Shown one piece after another: positions 21,515 through 33,481 of a stretch of 64,000 bases of DNA. How positions within the stretch are numbered: position 1 is the first letter of the stretch; each line of letters begins with the position of its first letter. The notes beneath the pieces were generated by a model that made no database searches, was not told the origin of the DNA, and worked only from the letters and a program-made list of their open reading frames with translations. The position numbers and the translations under genes were made by a program. Origin of the DNA: Nitrospirota bacterium (lineage in GTDB: Bacteria > Nitrospirota > JACRHJ01); assembly GCA_963845245.1 (NCBI GenBank), contig CAWJRJ010000024.1, forward strand, positions 96,001 to 160,000. Reading direction: 5' to 3'.

Positions 21515-22268
21515 CTTTAAGCCCCTTGGCAGCATGGCGGGCATCCCTTGAGTCCTTGCGCCGGTTCCACCAGGACGGGTCCTCGGAAGCGGTAAGCGCC
21601 TTTCCAACGATGACGAGCTTGAACACGTCCTCGTCCTCAAACCTGCCGTCCACGTCGTTTTTGATATTCCCGACGGTGGTCATAAGGACCTCCTGCGCAG
21701 GCAGGCTTATATTATAAACGACGGCGACAGGGGTGTCCGCATCATAGCCCACTGAAAGCTCAGCAGTGAGAGCCTCAGGAGATTTGTTGTTCATGAAAAG
21801 TACCATCGTGGACTGGTGCCTTGATAGCTCGGCTATGGTATCTTTTGTCCCTGTGATGGTCTTTGGCGAGGTCGCGATGGTAGAATGAGAAACGCCAGGC
21901 AGGTCGAAAGTACGCCTCAGCGCGGCCGAAGCGGCGTTCATCGAGCTAACGCCCGGCACAACGACTGCCGAATCCTTGAAGTAGTCTATAAGGGACTGTA
22001 CAGGCGAGAAGATCGCCAGGTCGCCGGGTATCATGAATACCGCATCCCGTCCGCTGTCAAGACACGCATCGACCCTTGCAACCAGGTCGGCGTGGTAGTA
22101 GTCGAACGGGTCGAACCACTCCTTGCCCTTCAGGTACTCGGCATAGGTTTCCTTGAAGAAGCCAGGCACGAGCACGAGCGAGGCAGATTTCAAAAGCTCC
22201 ATGCCCTTTATTGTCATAAGGGTAGGGTCGCCCGGGCCGCTCCCTATAAAATAAATCCTGCCGCGCAC
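21501..22268 (-). CDS. Tetrapyrrole-methylase-family SAM methyltransferase (CbiF/CobM-like), outside any cob operon
   Basis: IYFIGSGPGDPTLMTIKG, GDLAIFS, VVPGVSS and DTPVAVV. Confidence 0.85.
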   Translation of the reverse strand: MRGRIYFIGSGPGDPTLMTIKGMELLKSASLVLVPGFFKETYAEYLKGKEWFDPFDYYHADLVARVDACLDSGRDAVFMIPGDLAIFSPVQSLIDYFKDSAVVVPGVSSMNAASAALRRTFDLPGVSHSTIATSPKTITGTKDTIAELSRHQSTMVLFMNNKSPEALTAELSVGYDADTPVAVVYNISLPAQEVLMTTVGNIKNDVDGRFEDEDVFKLVIVGKALTASEDPSWWNRRKDSRDARHAAKGLKDAKG

Positions 22269-22278
22269 GACACCTCCG

Positions 22279-22697
22279 TTACCTGAACGAGACTTCCTTT
22301 ACCAATGCCTTCCTGCCGGGGTCGGTTATCCCTTTGGAGACCTTCTCAAATATACAGTTCTCGATACGGCCTGTCCCGTTCCCCTCAAAATCAATGCCGC
22401 GCCATGGCCCGCTTGAGCTGTCCTTTGGAACAAACTCTTATCAGCTTGTCCCTGCTTCCGATTGCAACCAGCCTGCCCCGGACGATTATCCTGTTGTCAC
22501 CTTTGGCTGTTTTCTCGAAACGCACTATGGTGCCCGGGTCGATAGTCAGGGTATACGCCCTCAGGGACAACGAGCGGCTTCATGATGAGCACGTCGCCCG
22601 TCAGGAGCATATCGACCGGCACCTCGCCCCAGAACTTGTTCATGGCGGTGTGCGCAAAAGCAACACCGGAAAAAATCAACACCATAACCAACACCAT
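22279..22697 (-). CDS. Small exported protein, probable beta-helix fragment; frameshifted
   Basis: Signal peptide ending AFA. Joined frames read GDVLI..PEGV.LTIDPGTIVRF...IIVRGRLVAIG...WRGIDF...IENCIF. Confidence 0.55.
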
Positions 22698-22747
22698 AAC
22701 CTTTCTTGAAAGAAAGGTTATACCAAAGAACTTTGATACCGGCGTTT

Positions 22748-23680
22748 TCAAGAGATCGCCTGCCATATGTATCCTATTATTATCGAGCCTATTAAACTCA
22801 CGGCCATATATACCACGAAGATCCTCTTTTTAAACATCCCGAAGAGCGCGACCATCGCAGGTATGGACGTGACCGGCCCGGCCATAAGGAACGCGGCCGC
22901 TGGCCCGACCCCCATTCCGGAATGTATGAGGCCCTTTACTATGGGAACGGCCGTCAGCCCGTTAACGGGAAGCGGTATGCCCAGAAGTGCCGCGTATATG
23001 ATGGACATATGGCCGTTGCCAGCCAGCGCGAATATCCAGTTGGCCGGGACATACGTCTCTATCACACCCTGTATGAACAGCGCCAGCAGTATGTATTTGC
23101 CGACGAGCAGCGTCGTGTCCTTTGCGCGCGCAAAGAAAAACGGGACCTTCCTGTCTGCAAGCTGTACGTCTATTGGTACCTTCGTGGGGTTTGCCGGGTC
23201 TACCTTTGCGTCGCAGTAGCCCTTCCTCGGGCCGCCTGAGAAAGGCTGCTCGTCAATATAGCCTGATTTGACAAGCCAGTTCGTCGTAAAGCCCGCAAGC
23301 AGGCCCATGAAGAGAGCGCCGCCGACCTTGGCGATGGTAAGCGACAAACCTAGCGCTCCGTAGTTGACCATGATCGAGGACGGGTCGGCTATCGGGGATG
23401 TGATAAGGAGCGCCATTGCCGGGGCAAGAGGTGAGCCGGATTCGAGGAGCGTGACGACTATGGGGAGTATCCCGCATGAGCAGAGCGGTGAAAAAATACC
23501 CGCCAGTGCGGCAAGGACAATCACCGCCACGCCGCCCCGGTTTAAAATTACCCAGAACTTCCTGTCGAGTTTATATGTTTTGATCAGCGCCGAAAGGGCT
23601 ATGCCCAGCAGGATATACCAGCCCATGTTCAGCAGGCCGTCCCACATTACCCTCAGGATACTCGATAGCCCTTCAAACAT
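22748..23680 (-). CDS. DUF318/ArsP-type permease
   Basis: Two 4-TM repeats, with PLCSCG, ALLITSP and AFLMAGP. Confidence 0.85.
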   Translation of the reverse strand: MFEGLSSILRVMWDGLLNMGWYILLGIALSALIKTYKLDRKFWVILNRGGVAVIVLAALAGIFSPLCSCGILPIVVTLLESGSPLAPAMALLITSPIADPSSIMVNYGALGLSLTIAKVGGALFMGLLAGFTTNWLVKSGYIDEQPFSGGPRKGYCDAKVDPANPTKVPIDVQLADRKVPFFFARAKDTTLLVGKYILLALFIQGVIETYVPANWIFALAGNGHMSIIYAALLGIPLPVNGLTAVPIVKGLIHSGMGVGPAAAFLMAGPVTSIPAMVALFGMFKKRIFVVYMAVSLIGSIIIGYIWQAIS

Positions 23681-23701
23681 CTGCTACAGCCGGCCTTTCC
23701 T

Positions 23702-24454
23702 TTAGCCCTGGACTACACCCTGGATGATCACGGTAATGGCAGGCCTTCTCTTCGCATTGGAGCGGATGGTCACCAATTCCTGGAAGTTGCCCGCTTTTGT
23801 CGCTGGGGAAATTGCAAGGTTCATGTCGGCAGACTCTCCGGGCTTGAGCTTTAAAGCCGGTTTTACGGTCTGTGAAGGGTTGACCCGGACTTTGCCTAGC
23901 TCAACGGATACGCCGGCAGAGGCGGTTATCTCATCAATGACAAGCTCCATCTGGCCCGGGTTAGTCACCTTTATCGTCCTCGTCTCCTTGCCGCCCTTCG
24001 GCATCTGGAGGTTCGTGATGTTGAAAGCTGAAAGGTTGATGTCCGGAGCGGGCTTGGGGTTAACTACCGCCGTCAGCCCCAGGGAGAGCGTTTGCGTCTT
24101 GGGGTCGTTGGACTTTATGTTGATGAACCTGTGCACCTGACCGTTCGCGTTGTGCGAATCGTAAACCGCATCAAGTCTGGCTGTATCACCGGGGGCGATC
24201 TTTTTGGAGGTAAGGTTGGCGACAGTGCAGCCGCAGGTCGGCCTTACCTCGTATATTATAAGGTCGGCCTTGCCTACGTTCTTTATTATAAACGTGGCTG
24301 GGGACTTAACGTCATCACTAATCGTCCCGAAATCGTAGGTCATCGGCGTCACCTCTATCTTCGGGACTGCCGCATCGGCGGCGTAAGCGATGCCTGCCAG
24401 TAAAAACGCGTTGACTGCAAAAACTGAAACAGCCAGGACCCTTAAAATTTTCAT
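23702..24454 (-). CDS. Exported DUF1573-domain (Ig-like) protein
   Basis: Signal peptide, YDFG, F.IKNVG..DL.I..V.PTCGCT, I.PG and SNDP, followed by a second Ig-like repeat. Confidence 0.85.
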   Translation of the reverse strand: MKILRVLAVSVFAVNAFLLAGIAYAADAAVPKIEVTPMTYDFGTISDDVKSPATFIIKNVGKADLIIYEVRPTCGCTVANLTSKKIAPGDTARLDAVYDSHNANGQVHRFINIKSNDPKTQTLSLGLTAVVNPKPAPDINLSAFNITNLQMPKGGKETRTIKVTNPGQMELVIDEITASAGVSVELGKVRVNPSQTVKPALKLKPGESADMNLAISPATKAGNFQELVTIRSNAKRRPAITVIIQGVVQG

Positions 24455-24539
24455 GAAAAACCTCCGGGATGTAATTGGACGGATGATTTAGATTATCATA
24501 TCGACTTTAATTATGCAATAGTCACGCCAGACCTTACGG

Positions 24540-24569
24540 TTGACAAAGTAACAATGAAAATGTTACGCT
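24540..24569 (+). promoter_or_regulatory. sigma70-like promoter containing the inverted repeat GTAACA-N7-TGTTAC
   Basis: TTGACA-18 nt-TACGCT, with the palindrome at 24548-24566. Confidence 0.5.
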
Positions 24570-24574
24570 GGCAT

Positions 24575-26096
24575 ATGCTTAAAATAACCGGTTTTATACT
24601 ATTTGCGGCCATTATTGCCACATCTACCATATGATAGCCTGGCTGATTCCGTAAATACTGCCAAAGGCCTTAAAGACGGCCCCCCCCCAGTCCAGATGGT
24701 AGAACAGTTACATCAGGCGTTCAAAATACTGTATCAGGCAGGCGCAAAAAAGAGGAGCCTGCTCATTATCGGCGCATCGCCCGGGCTGGCGCCTGCCGGA
24801 GACGCATATACAGCCAATGTCCTTGCCGACGCTTCCCAAGGAAAATGGGGCGACCTTCTGGAGAAGGATTATCCCACGTCAAGGATCTACCCTGTAAACA
24901 TATACAACTATCTTTTCTTTCTTTATAAATCGGGCGTAATAGATAAAGTCTACTGGGTACCTCCCACAAAAGAGTCCGTCGGGAAGGAGCCTCTCGACGG
25001 TTTCAAAGACTATCTGAAGGGTATCGGCATAAAAGACACCGAATTAAAGGGGCTAAGACAGACAAGCGACTCTATAGAGGGTTCTCTAAACGGCATACCA
25101 ATAAGGATATTCAGTATCAAGGAACTTCCTAAAATAAAGGAAAATGTATTCGTACTGATAGACCTGAATTTTTTCAACAGCCTGTATGAAAATGAGGTAA
25201 AGACCCCGATGCTCGACTTCTTCGGCGGTTTTATGGAGACGTTAGGGTCTAAAAAACTGAAGGTTTCCGAAGCCATAATATCCTATTCTACGGCAGACGG
25301 CCAGGTACCGCTGGAATTCCGGTTCCTGGGAGGCTATCTCCAGAAATACCTGACAGATCCCCAATCGCTCAGTAAAGGCCCCCTCCAGACATGGAAAATG
25401 CGTTCAGAGGCCATGAAGAATGAGACCTTCTTCCAGACTGACGATACCATCCAGTATTATGTCGACGCTATTAAATTGGACCCGAAAGACGCCTCACTCA
25501 GGTTTGCCCTTGCAATGGCATTCCTTAACCAGAAGAACCTTGAAGGCCTGAGGGCAGAGCTTGACCAGGCGGTTGCCCTTGACAACGGTTATTACACTGA
25601 ATATACCGAAATGGGCCAGTACTTCCAGTCAAAGAACATGCCTGAGGACGCAGATTATTTCCTTTCCCAGGCCGAAAAGGTTAACCCGCAAGACCCGCGC
25701 ATCTATTCGGCACAGTACGATGTGTACGTCAGCCTTAAAAAGCATGATAAAGCCCTCGAAGCCGTAAAAAAACAGATGGAGCTTGGTTTTGGCGGGCCTG
25801 ATATTCTCGGGAAGCTTGCGGAATCCGAAAAAGCGCTCGGCCATTACTCTGATGCTGAAAAAGCGTATAATGATGCCTTAGCCCTGATACCGATAGTTGA
25901 TAGCAAGGCCCGGCAAAGCTTGCTCGTCGGACTGGGAGAGACGTACGAGTTGGACAGGAAGATAGGACTGGCTATCAAGTCTTACGATGAAGCCCTTCAA
26001 GCCATGCAGGAAGGGCACGCAAAAGACAAGATAAGGCAGCGTATATACGATCTGGACAAGGCATGGTCTCCCTTCCTCAATCCTTCCCCTCAATAG
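24575..26096 (+). CDS. Exported TPR-containing protein; frameshift after the signal peptide
   Basis: MLKITGFILFAAIIA from 24575 joins ORF 24603..26096, which has ~6 C-terminal TPRs. Confidence 0.7.
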
Positions 26097-29000
26097 CGCT
26101 TATTGCCGCCCGGAATTCGTTTCTTATGAGGTCGGACTGCTCCTTTTCAACCCTCTCCCTAAGCTTCGCATCCAGACCTTTGAGCTTCAACGAACCTGCC
26201 GCATGTGCCGCATGAAACCGGATGGAATCTATGCCGCTGTCTAGCGCATCGGATATGACGGCAACTAATGCAGCATTATCTCCATCAGCCTTCAATTGCC
26301 CGAGGGTTTTCACAATGCTGTTCTTCCTGTAGACGGAGGCGTCCCGGTACAACCCTATAAGCGTGTCCACACTTTTCACCCCGCCGTCCGACACCAGTAT
26401 CTCAAGCGCAGCGGAAAACTCCACATCATCCATCCGGGATAGCGCGGAAAGCAGCGGGTTCTCGGCCGTCTGGTCACCCATTTGCTTGATAAGCGTCAAG
26501 GAAGTCGTCCTGAGCCTGTTATCTGTCAAAAGCGCATAAATTGCCGGGAGCGCATCCTTGCCGAAGGCCGGCATGCCTTTTATCGCAGCCTCCTTTATCT
26601 TCGGCTTATCTCCGGAAAGTGCCTTGATGAAAAGAGGTATGGATTGCGGGTCTTTGCGCGATGAAAGCATACCGGCAGCGGCAACCCTAACTTCCGTAGA
26701 AACGGAACGGTCCTGAAAAAGAGCGCGCCACAGGCTGGATGGCACAACTTCACCAAGTTCAATCAAGTGCCTGAGCGCCTCTTCCGAGACCTCCGGCGAG
26801 GCGTCCCTTACAAGCTTTTCCAAAATTGCGGGTGCCTTCGCACTTTTCAGACGCACCAAGCCGGCGGCAGAAGCCCTTTTAACCCGCATGGACGGGTCCG
26901 AGGCGGCCTTTATCAGAACCCCTTCAATGCCTGCCGAGGACGCCGCGGAAACCGCCTCCAAACGCACATCCTCGTCCGGGTCAGAGAGTGCGGCAGTTAT
27001 GATGTCTCCCCGCAGGCTTGGGTCGGCCTCTTTGATATGGGCAGCTGCCATTCGACGTATGGCGGGGTCCGGGTCTTTCAACCCAAGCTGCAAGACCGTT
27101 GGGATCTTCCCGTTGCGGGAGGCCGCCTCGATCACAGTCTGACGCTGTTCCGGGTAATTTTTGTATATGGCAGGAAGGATATCCGGTGAATCGCCAACCG
27201 AGGCAAGCGTATTGACCAACATGGCCCTGATGCGGACATCGCGTACCCTCAGGCCTTCAATCATAGCCGGCACGTAGGCTTTTGACGGCGCTCCAAGAAT
27301 TGCCCCAAGCACCGCCTCCAATGTCGGTTCGTCCTTTATCCGCACAACCAGGTCCTTGAGTGTTTCGGGATCGGCAAACACTGCGACAACAAATAAAATC
27401 CTTTCCCGGCTTGCCATACCCTTTTCAAAAAGCAAGTCAACCCCTTCCCTCAGGTTATCCGCCTTGATTTTTCCAAAAGCCCCTGATGCCAGCCGGGCTA
27501 TCGTTTCATCCGGGCCGGTACCCGCTATTATCAAGCCATAAATTGCGTCCGGGTCGCCACGCTTTATCAAGGAATCAACGGCCATGCGCCTTACCTCACG
27601 TTCAGGGTCGTCGAGCATTTTTATGAATATACTGGAACCGGCTCCCTTTTCATCTAACAAAGCGACGGCCTTCATCCTTACATCCGGCTCCTTGATCCCC
27701 TGGACTGCCTCCGAAAGCGCTTTTACTACCAGATGCGGGCTCATCCTTGAAAGCAACGAGAACGCCTTGACTGTCAGCACCGGGTCGTTCAGGGACTGGA
27801 CGACATAACCTGCTGAAAGGCCCTCTTCGACTCCGGCAAGTACGTCGATGGCCTGCAGCCTTATTGAAACAACCGTGTCTTTCAGCCCTTTTGCAGCCAT
27901 GTCAACCCTTTGCCGCGGAGTAAGGTCTTTGGCTAGGACTAGGGCTTCACTGCGTACAGACTGCGAGCGGTCTTCCATCGCCTCAAGTGCAACTTTTGCA
28001 ACTCCAGGCCCGCGCCCGGATAAAGACCTTATTGCAAGGAGCCGTCGGTCCTCGCTCCCGTTACGATATGCATAAGAAAGGGCTTCGACAGCATCAGGGC
28101 CTTTGACCTCTATGATCCCCCTGAGCATCTCGTCCGGCTCATAGCCTTCGCCGTAATATTTTACGAATAACGGCAATGCACGCGGGTCTCCGGCAGGTAC
28201 CAGACCCCGGATGGCGGATACACGGAGTTCGGCGTGGTTTGCCGTTCGCAGCAGCTGATCAGCAGATCAGTCCTTTCCCTGGAACCAGGAAGAGACAACA
28301 CTTGGTCGAGCGCGGTGCGGGCGATATTCGGGTCGCTGTCGTCGAGCAGGCTTCTCAGGCGTCCCGCCAATGGATATTTTTGGTCCAGCAGCGCCTGGAG
28401 CGCGTCTTTCCTAATATCTGCATCAGGGTCGTCCAGCATCTTCTCTAGTCTGCCGGAATACTTCACATTTCCGGCAAGCCCTAAGACGCCGGCCCTTCTT
28501 ACCTCTGCAAAGCCTGATCCCAACAATCCGGCATACGCCTCATCCCTTTGTCCCGGCGCGATTTTCCTGAGATACTCAAGGGCCGCCTCCCTCAACTTTG
28601 CGTCCTGGTCGGCAGAGGCATCCTTGACGGCTTCGGCCAGACAGGAAGCCCCTCGCACGGCAAGAAGCCTCAAGGCAGAGGCCCTTGTCACCCTGCCCTT
28701 CCGGAATGCATCACATATGGCCGCATCCGCCTTCGGGCCCGGAATTGCCCCCAAAGCCTCCAAAGCCCTGGCCTTTTCCCGAAGGCTTCCCTCGTCCAAT
28801 ACCAGTGACAGTCCATCGACCGCCCCATCGTCATGACGTTCCAGCAAGATCTGCCTGGCCCTTTCCCGTACCTGCACATCCTCATCCGATGCCAGGGATG
28901 ATATGACTTGCCCTGCCTCGGGGCCCTTTGATCTCCTTCAGGACGTCCAGGGACAGATATCTTGTTATCTGGTCCTTATCACCTGCAAGCACCTTTAGCG

Positions 29001-30858
29001 CATCCACCATTTCCGGTTGTGGAGCCGCCGCCATCGCCAGATAGCGAGAGCCTGCGCATTTCCAGGGACTGGTCGCTCCAATGCCTGACTACCGGGTCCC
29101 TCACGCCCCTTGCCAGAAGCGCCGAAGCCGCCTTAAGCCTTACATCTGGGTCGGCGTCCTCCATGGCTGCCATAATCACGCCAGGCGCCACGGTATCTTC
29201 CCTGCCGGCAAGGAGTCTCAACCGCCATCAGGCGCATGCCGGCATCCCCGCACGCAATAAAGGCGCTGACCGCCCTCGATGACTCCTCCCCAAATATCTT
29301 TGATAGCCATGGAGAGCGCCTTCATACGTATGCCGCGCTCAGGGTCGCAGGCGACACGGGCCAGCACCGGCGCAATAGCCGGGTCTTCAAAGGTAATAAA
29401 ATAATCGACTGCTGCAGCGCGCACGACCGACTGATGGGTCTGTAAGCGCCTTTGCTGCCGCCTCACGTGCCTCGCGAGTCCTGAATATCGTCAAGGCGGA
29501 CAGCGCCGCCATCCTGATAGCCTCATCCTTGTCGGAGACTGCTTCTCCTAGGCCCTTGATGCCGGCTTCTCCGGCCTGCCTGAGCCCGGCCACCGCAGCC
29601 TTCCTCACCTCGATATCATCGTCTTTCAGCGCAGACTCCAGCCCCTTAACAGCCTCGGCCCCGGGTATCTTCCCAAGATAAACTGTCGAACGCAGTCTTA
29701 CCTCTTTTTCGCCTGAACGCAGGCCTTCCATAAGGCCCTCGACATCTCTGCGTGCGTATAGTACCCCGACCGCCTCCATTGCAATCCCCGAGTCGGGGTC
29801 GTTCACGAGAGGCCTTATAATTGCCGTGTCGGCCTCTTTGGTGGTCAAGGCAACCTCGAACGCCTTTTTTCTCAGATCTATGTCGGGGTCGTGAAGTCCG
29901 GCCTCTATCGCCTTCAGCCGGCCCGGCCCACCTTTAGAATAAAGGATTCCCCGCGCATCCCGTCGTAACGTCTTACCGCCCGTGGAAGCCGCATCCAGCA
30001 ACACGTCCGTTACCGTTTCGCCGTCTTGGGACATCAATGAAGACAGGGCGGCAGACGCTACTCCGGGAGCCGGGTCTTTAAGTAGGGCCTTCATCAGCGA
30101 GGACTCTTTTGCCCCTTTCACCACAAGAGACCCTGCCACAATCATACGGACCTCGGCGGTACTGTCCGACGCAGCCTTTTCGGCCGCCTCTACGGGGTAG
30201 CCGAAATCCTTGGAATACAATACACGGAAGGCTTCGGCCCTTATGACGGACAAAGGGTCCTGCTGTGCCTTCTTAAGCGTCTCTATCCCAATATCCGGCT
30301 TGAGCCTCCGTGTTGACCTTGACAGCGGAGAGCCTGACATCGCCATCGTGGTCAGACATGGCCCAATTGAGTATTCTCGAGTGCATCCGGGTCGTTATTT
30401 GCAATGTGTTCGAGCGCATCGAGCTTGCGCCGCTTTTCATTCCCTGATATGGCCAGGAGTTGACGGTTTTTCGTCAAAAAGAAGCTGGCGGACAGTTTCT
30501 TGCCATTTATCGTGGCCTGCACATTCCATAGTCCTGGCTTGTTTTTCTCGGGATAATCCGAAATATTTATGGTGTCGGTTATGAAAACTGGAGTTTTTGA
30601 TGGAAAGACCGTCTTTACCGTGCGACCAGCCATAGCCCCGGCTGGGTCCGCCCAGCTGAACTCGACCCTTGCCTTCTCATCTAAATGGATCGATATCGTG
30701 GCCTTAAGTTCTTTGGTTTCAGCGGGGTATATAAGAATATCTCTGGAATTGGGGGTACCGGTTTCGGTCAGGACAATCTCGCCCGGTTTTTCTGGATATG
30801 CTGGTACTGCATGGAAAATGAATAAAAGGACGGCTACAAAGGCGAGACGGGCCCTCAT
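26077..30858 (-). CDS. Giant exported HEAT/PBS-lyase-repeat protein (~1590 aa when joined); several frameshifts
   Basis: Signal peptide and an Ig-like domain, then continuous D.D..VR..A...L repeats across six overlapping or near-abutting ORF fragments. Confidence 0.7.
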
Positions 30859-31845
30859 TTTGTGACTGCGCCTTCCACCTCGATGGGCACGGCCACCCTT
30901 ATATAAAGATAGCCTTTCATTGATTGCTTCAGGGATTCAGGCTTCATGGACACGACAACATTTGCGGTCCCGCCGGGGGCAAGCCTCTGCGAATCGAGCC
31001 TTTGCCTCCGACCCGTCAAAAGAGCTTTCCACTGATTCTATCTCTACGACACCGCCGCCCTGGTTCTTTAGGCCAACCTCAACCGATGGGTTCGGCGTAC
31101 CGGATGAGACCTTTATCGAGGCCGGCGTTATGATCACCGCGTCCCTGACCTGCCCGGACTCGGCTATATAACCCAGCACCTTTACCCGCAACTCCTTTTG
31201 GTTATTTGAAAGCCGGAAGGATATATCTTCGTCTATTGGACCTGAACTCTTTGTCGGCCTGTAACCTAACCTGACGGCCTGGAAACCGCGAAAAGGCACC
31301 TCATTTGGTTCTGATGAGTCCATGAAGAACCCTTTCGGCAAGGCTATGCCATTAATGGGGAGACCTATGTTGCCCTTGTTTCGAATGGTGAGCATGAAAT
31401 ATTTCGTCTCGTACGGAGCCACCACGCCAAGGTCCAGTACTCCAGGCTCTACGACACCGAGCGATGCCTTTTCATCCTTTATGGTCCCGTGCAGGCTTAC
31501 CGTCTTTGAACCGGCGTTCGTTGCCACCACGACTTCCTTCCTGAACTTCCCAACGAAGTTGTAGGCTGCAAAATCTATCTTCATCGCGGTCTTGCCGCCG
31601 GGTTTTACCACTTTATCCTCAAGCACGACCGCAGTACATCCGCAGGACGTGTTTATGTTCTGTATCAAAAGGTCCTGGTCGCCTGTATTCTTAATAGTTA
31701 TCTCTTTGGATGGGTCGGACCACTGATAAATTTCGCCAAGGTCCCAGTCTTCAAGTGAAAGCTCCATCCTGGGCGATGCCAGAGACGGTGCTGAATGGAG
31801 GGATGCAACGACAATAAGGAAGAGGCCTACAACATACTTTCTCAT
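30855..31845 (-). CDS. Exported DUF1573-domain protein with three Ig-like repeats; frameshift near the 3' end
   Basis: Signal peptide, then WDLG and IKNTGDQDLLI..INTSCGCT. The shifted-frame stop overlaps the ATG of the HEAT gene (ATGA). Confidence 0.8.
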
Positions 31846-31960
31846 TTATTCTCCGACAGAAGCCCTTACACTCGCAAATCAAAGGTGAGCGGACTGGTAA
31901 ATATTAACATGGTCAACAGAAAATAGCAATACAGTGGTTACGGGGCGGGCGAAGAAGCTT

Positions 31961-33208
31961 TCAGCCGAGCTTTTCAAGTAGTCTTTTTGCACGGTCCTTG
32001 TAGCGGTTGTCAACCGGCATATCGATATATTTTTTCAAGGCATCCTTTATTCCGGCATCACCCGGCCTTGCCGCAACCTCCCATGCTCCAAGCACCGAGC
32101 GGACGACATACAGGTTACTCCAGTTTATGTATGGCAGAAGGACATCGGGGTCAAAACCCTCCTTTATGCCGGCGAAGGCGCGTGCAACGCTTTCCACTAT
32201 CTGGTCCGAGGGTCTCCCCCTTCCGGTAAGAAGGGTATTCAGGCCTGGCGCGGCCTCCTTCACCCCAAGCTCACCGATATAGCCTGCGGCGAGGGCGGCT
32301 ACAGAGTCGTCCCTGTCCCCAAGCGCGGTTATGAACGCTGGCGACGACTCTTCCCTGAAACACCTGTAAAAAGCCTCCACAGCCGCCTTCCGCACCCTCG
32401 GGTCGGGGTCGCTTTTCAATATAGCGGAAACCTTGCCGGAATATTTCCTGTCCCTGTTTATTATAACTATCTTTATGGAATTCAGACGGACCTGCGCGTC
32501 GGGGTCATCCAGCAACTTGTCAAGATATGGGGTCTCGATGTTCGGGCTTATGGCCAGGAAATACCCGGTGGCATCGCGTCTGATCCTGTCCTGCCCGTCT
32601 TTCAGGAGCCCTCCCATAATGGACTCGGCACCCCGGTCAAGCCATGCGCTCTCCACGTAGGCCGCACAGGCCCGTATCCCTGGATCGGGACTCTTCAGGT
32701 AGGGGTACAGTTTCGGATAGCTGGGCTTTGTCCTTTATAAGCGCAAGTGTCTTTGCGGCGTTTTCACGCCTGGCCGGGTCGTTCAGGGCGCCAAAGAGGT
32801 GCGGTACGGCAGCCGGGCCGAGCGAGTACAGGGCTGATTCGACTTTTTCAAGCGCATCTGCGTCTTCCAGGTCGAGCAGACCCGCCAGCACGCCAGCCGC
32901 GCGCTCGTCCTTTATGCCGTTTAAAACGTAAACGATATCCGACAATGTTTTCGCGGTGTTCAAGGGCCGAAAGGAGCCCCGGCACTGCGTCTTTACCAAG
33001 GCTGGTCAGGGCATACTGGGCCTGGGCCTTCACAAAACCGTCGTTCGCCCTTGAGCAGTTCGATAAGCCTTGGGACGTCCTTCGTCCCCGCGCCCTCCAG
33101 GATCACCCTGCCGGACTGGTCTGTTATATTTATACCTTCCGCAAAGGCCTGGCCTGCAATGAAAAACACCGCCAGGATTGAGAGCGCAAAAAACCTTTTG
33201 AACCTCAC
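31961..33208 (-). CDS. Exported HEAT-repeat protein (~410 aa); frameshifted
   Basis: GTG start with a GAGGGG RBS and a signal peptide ending AFA. HEAT repeats (DPDAQVR, DPDPRVRKAAV) run across four fragments. Confidence 0.75.
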
Positions 33209-33221
33209 GAGACCCCCCTCA

Positions 33222-33266
33222 AAAAAACTGGCAAGGTACGGCCCTGTTACGGGCCGTGCCTTGCCA
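33222..33266 (-). terminator. Intrinsic terminator/attenuator after peptide gene 1
   Basis: 16-bp stem TGGCAAGGTACGGCCC / GGGCCGTGCCTTGCCA (one mismatch), followed by a T-run on the minus strand. Confidence 0.7.
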
Positions 33267-33291
33267 TCAAATTTGGAAGCTGCGGCCACCT

Positions 33292-33354
33292 TTAGCAAGG
33301 ATGGACGCTGGAGCCCCCCACAACCAGAGGTTTAGTGTACTTGATTTTATTCAT
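33292..33354 (-). CDS. Small peptide 1, MNKIKYTKPLVVGGSSVHPC (putative RiPP precursor)
   Basis: Translated by hand. AAGGAGG lies 8 nt before the ATG (alternative ATG at 33360). Paralog of 33482..33541. Confidence 0.8.
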   Translation of the reverse strand: MNKIKYTKPLVVGGSSVHPC

Positions 33355-33387
33355 GGGCATCACCTCCTTGTACAGTTTAATATAAAA

Positions 33388-33403
33388 GCAATATTTTGTG
33401 CCA
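33388..33403 (-). promoter_or_regulatory. Candidate sigma54 promoter for peptide 1 and downstream genes
   Basis: TGGCAC-AAAATA-TTGC. The spacer is 1 nt longer than consensus and lies within an A-run (possible homopolymer error). Confidence 0.5.
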
Positions 33404-33414
33404 GCATTATATAT

Positions 33415-33451
33415 AAAAAAAAAGGCTGATGGAAAAACCATCAGCCCTTTT
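33415..33451 (-). terminator. Intrinsic terminator after peptide gene 2
   Basis: GGCTGATGG-loop-CCATCAGCC stem with T9 on the minus strand. Confidence 0.75.
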
Positions 33452-33481
33452 AATTTCAGTCTTTAACTTCGCAGAGTCCGT

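Noticed and set aside
21501..22268. Cobalamin biosynthesis operon
   Set aside because: Only a single CbiF-like gene is present, with no other cbi/cob genes in the window.
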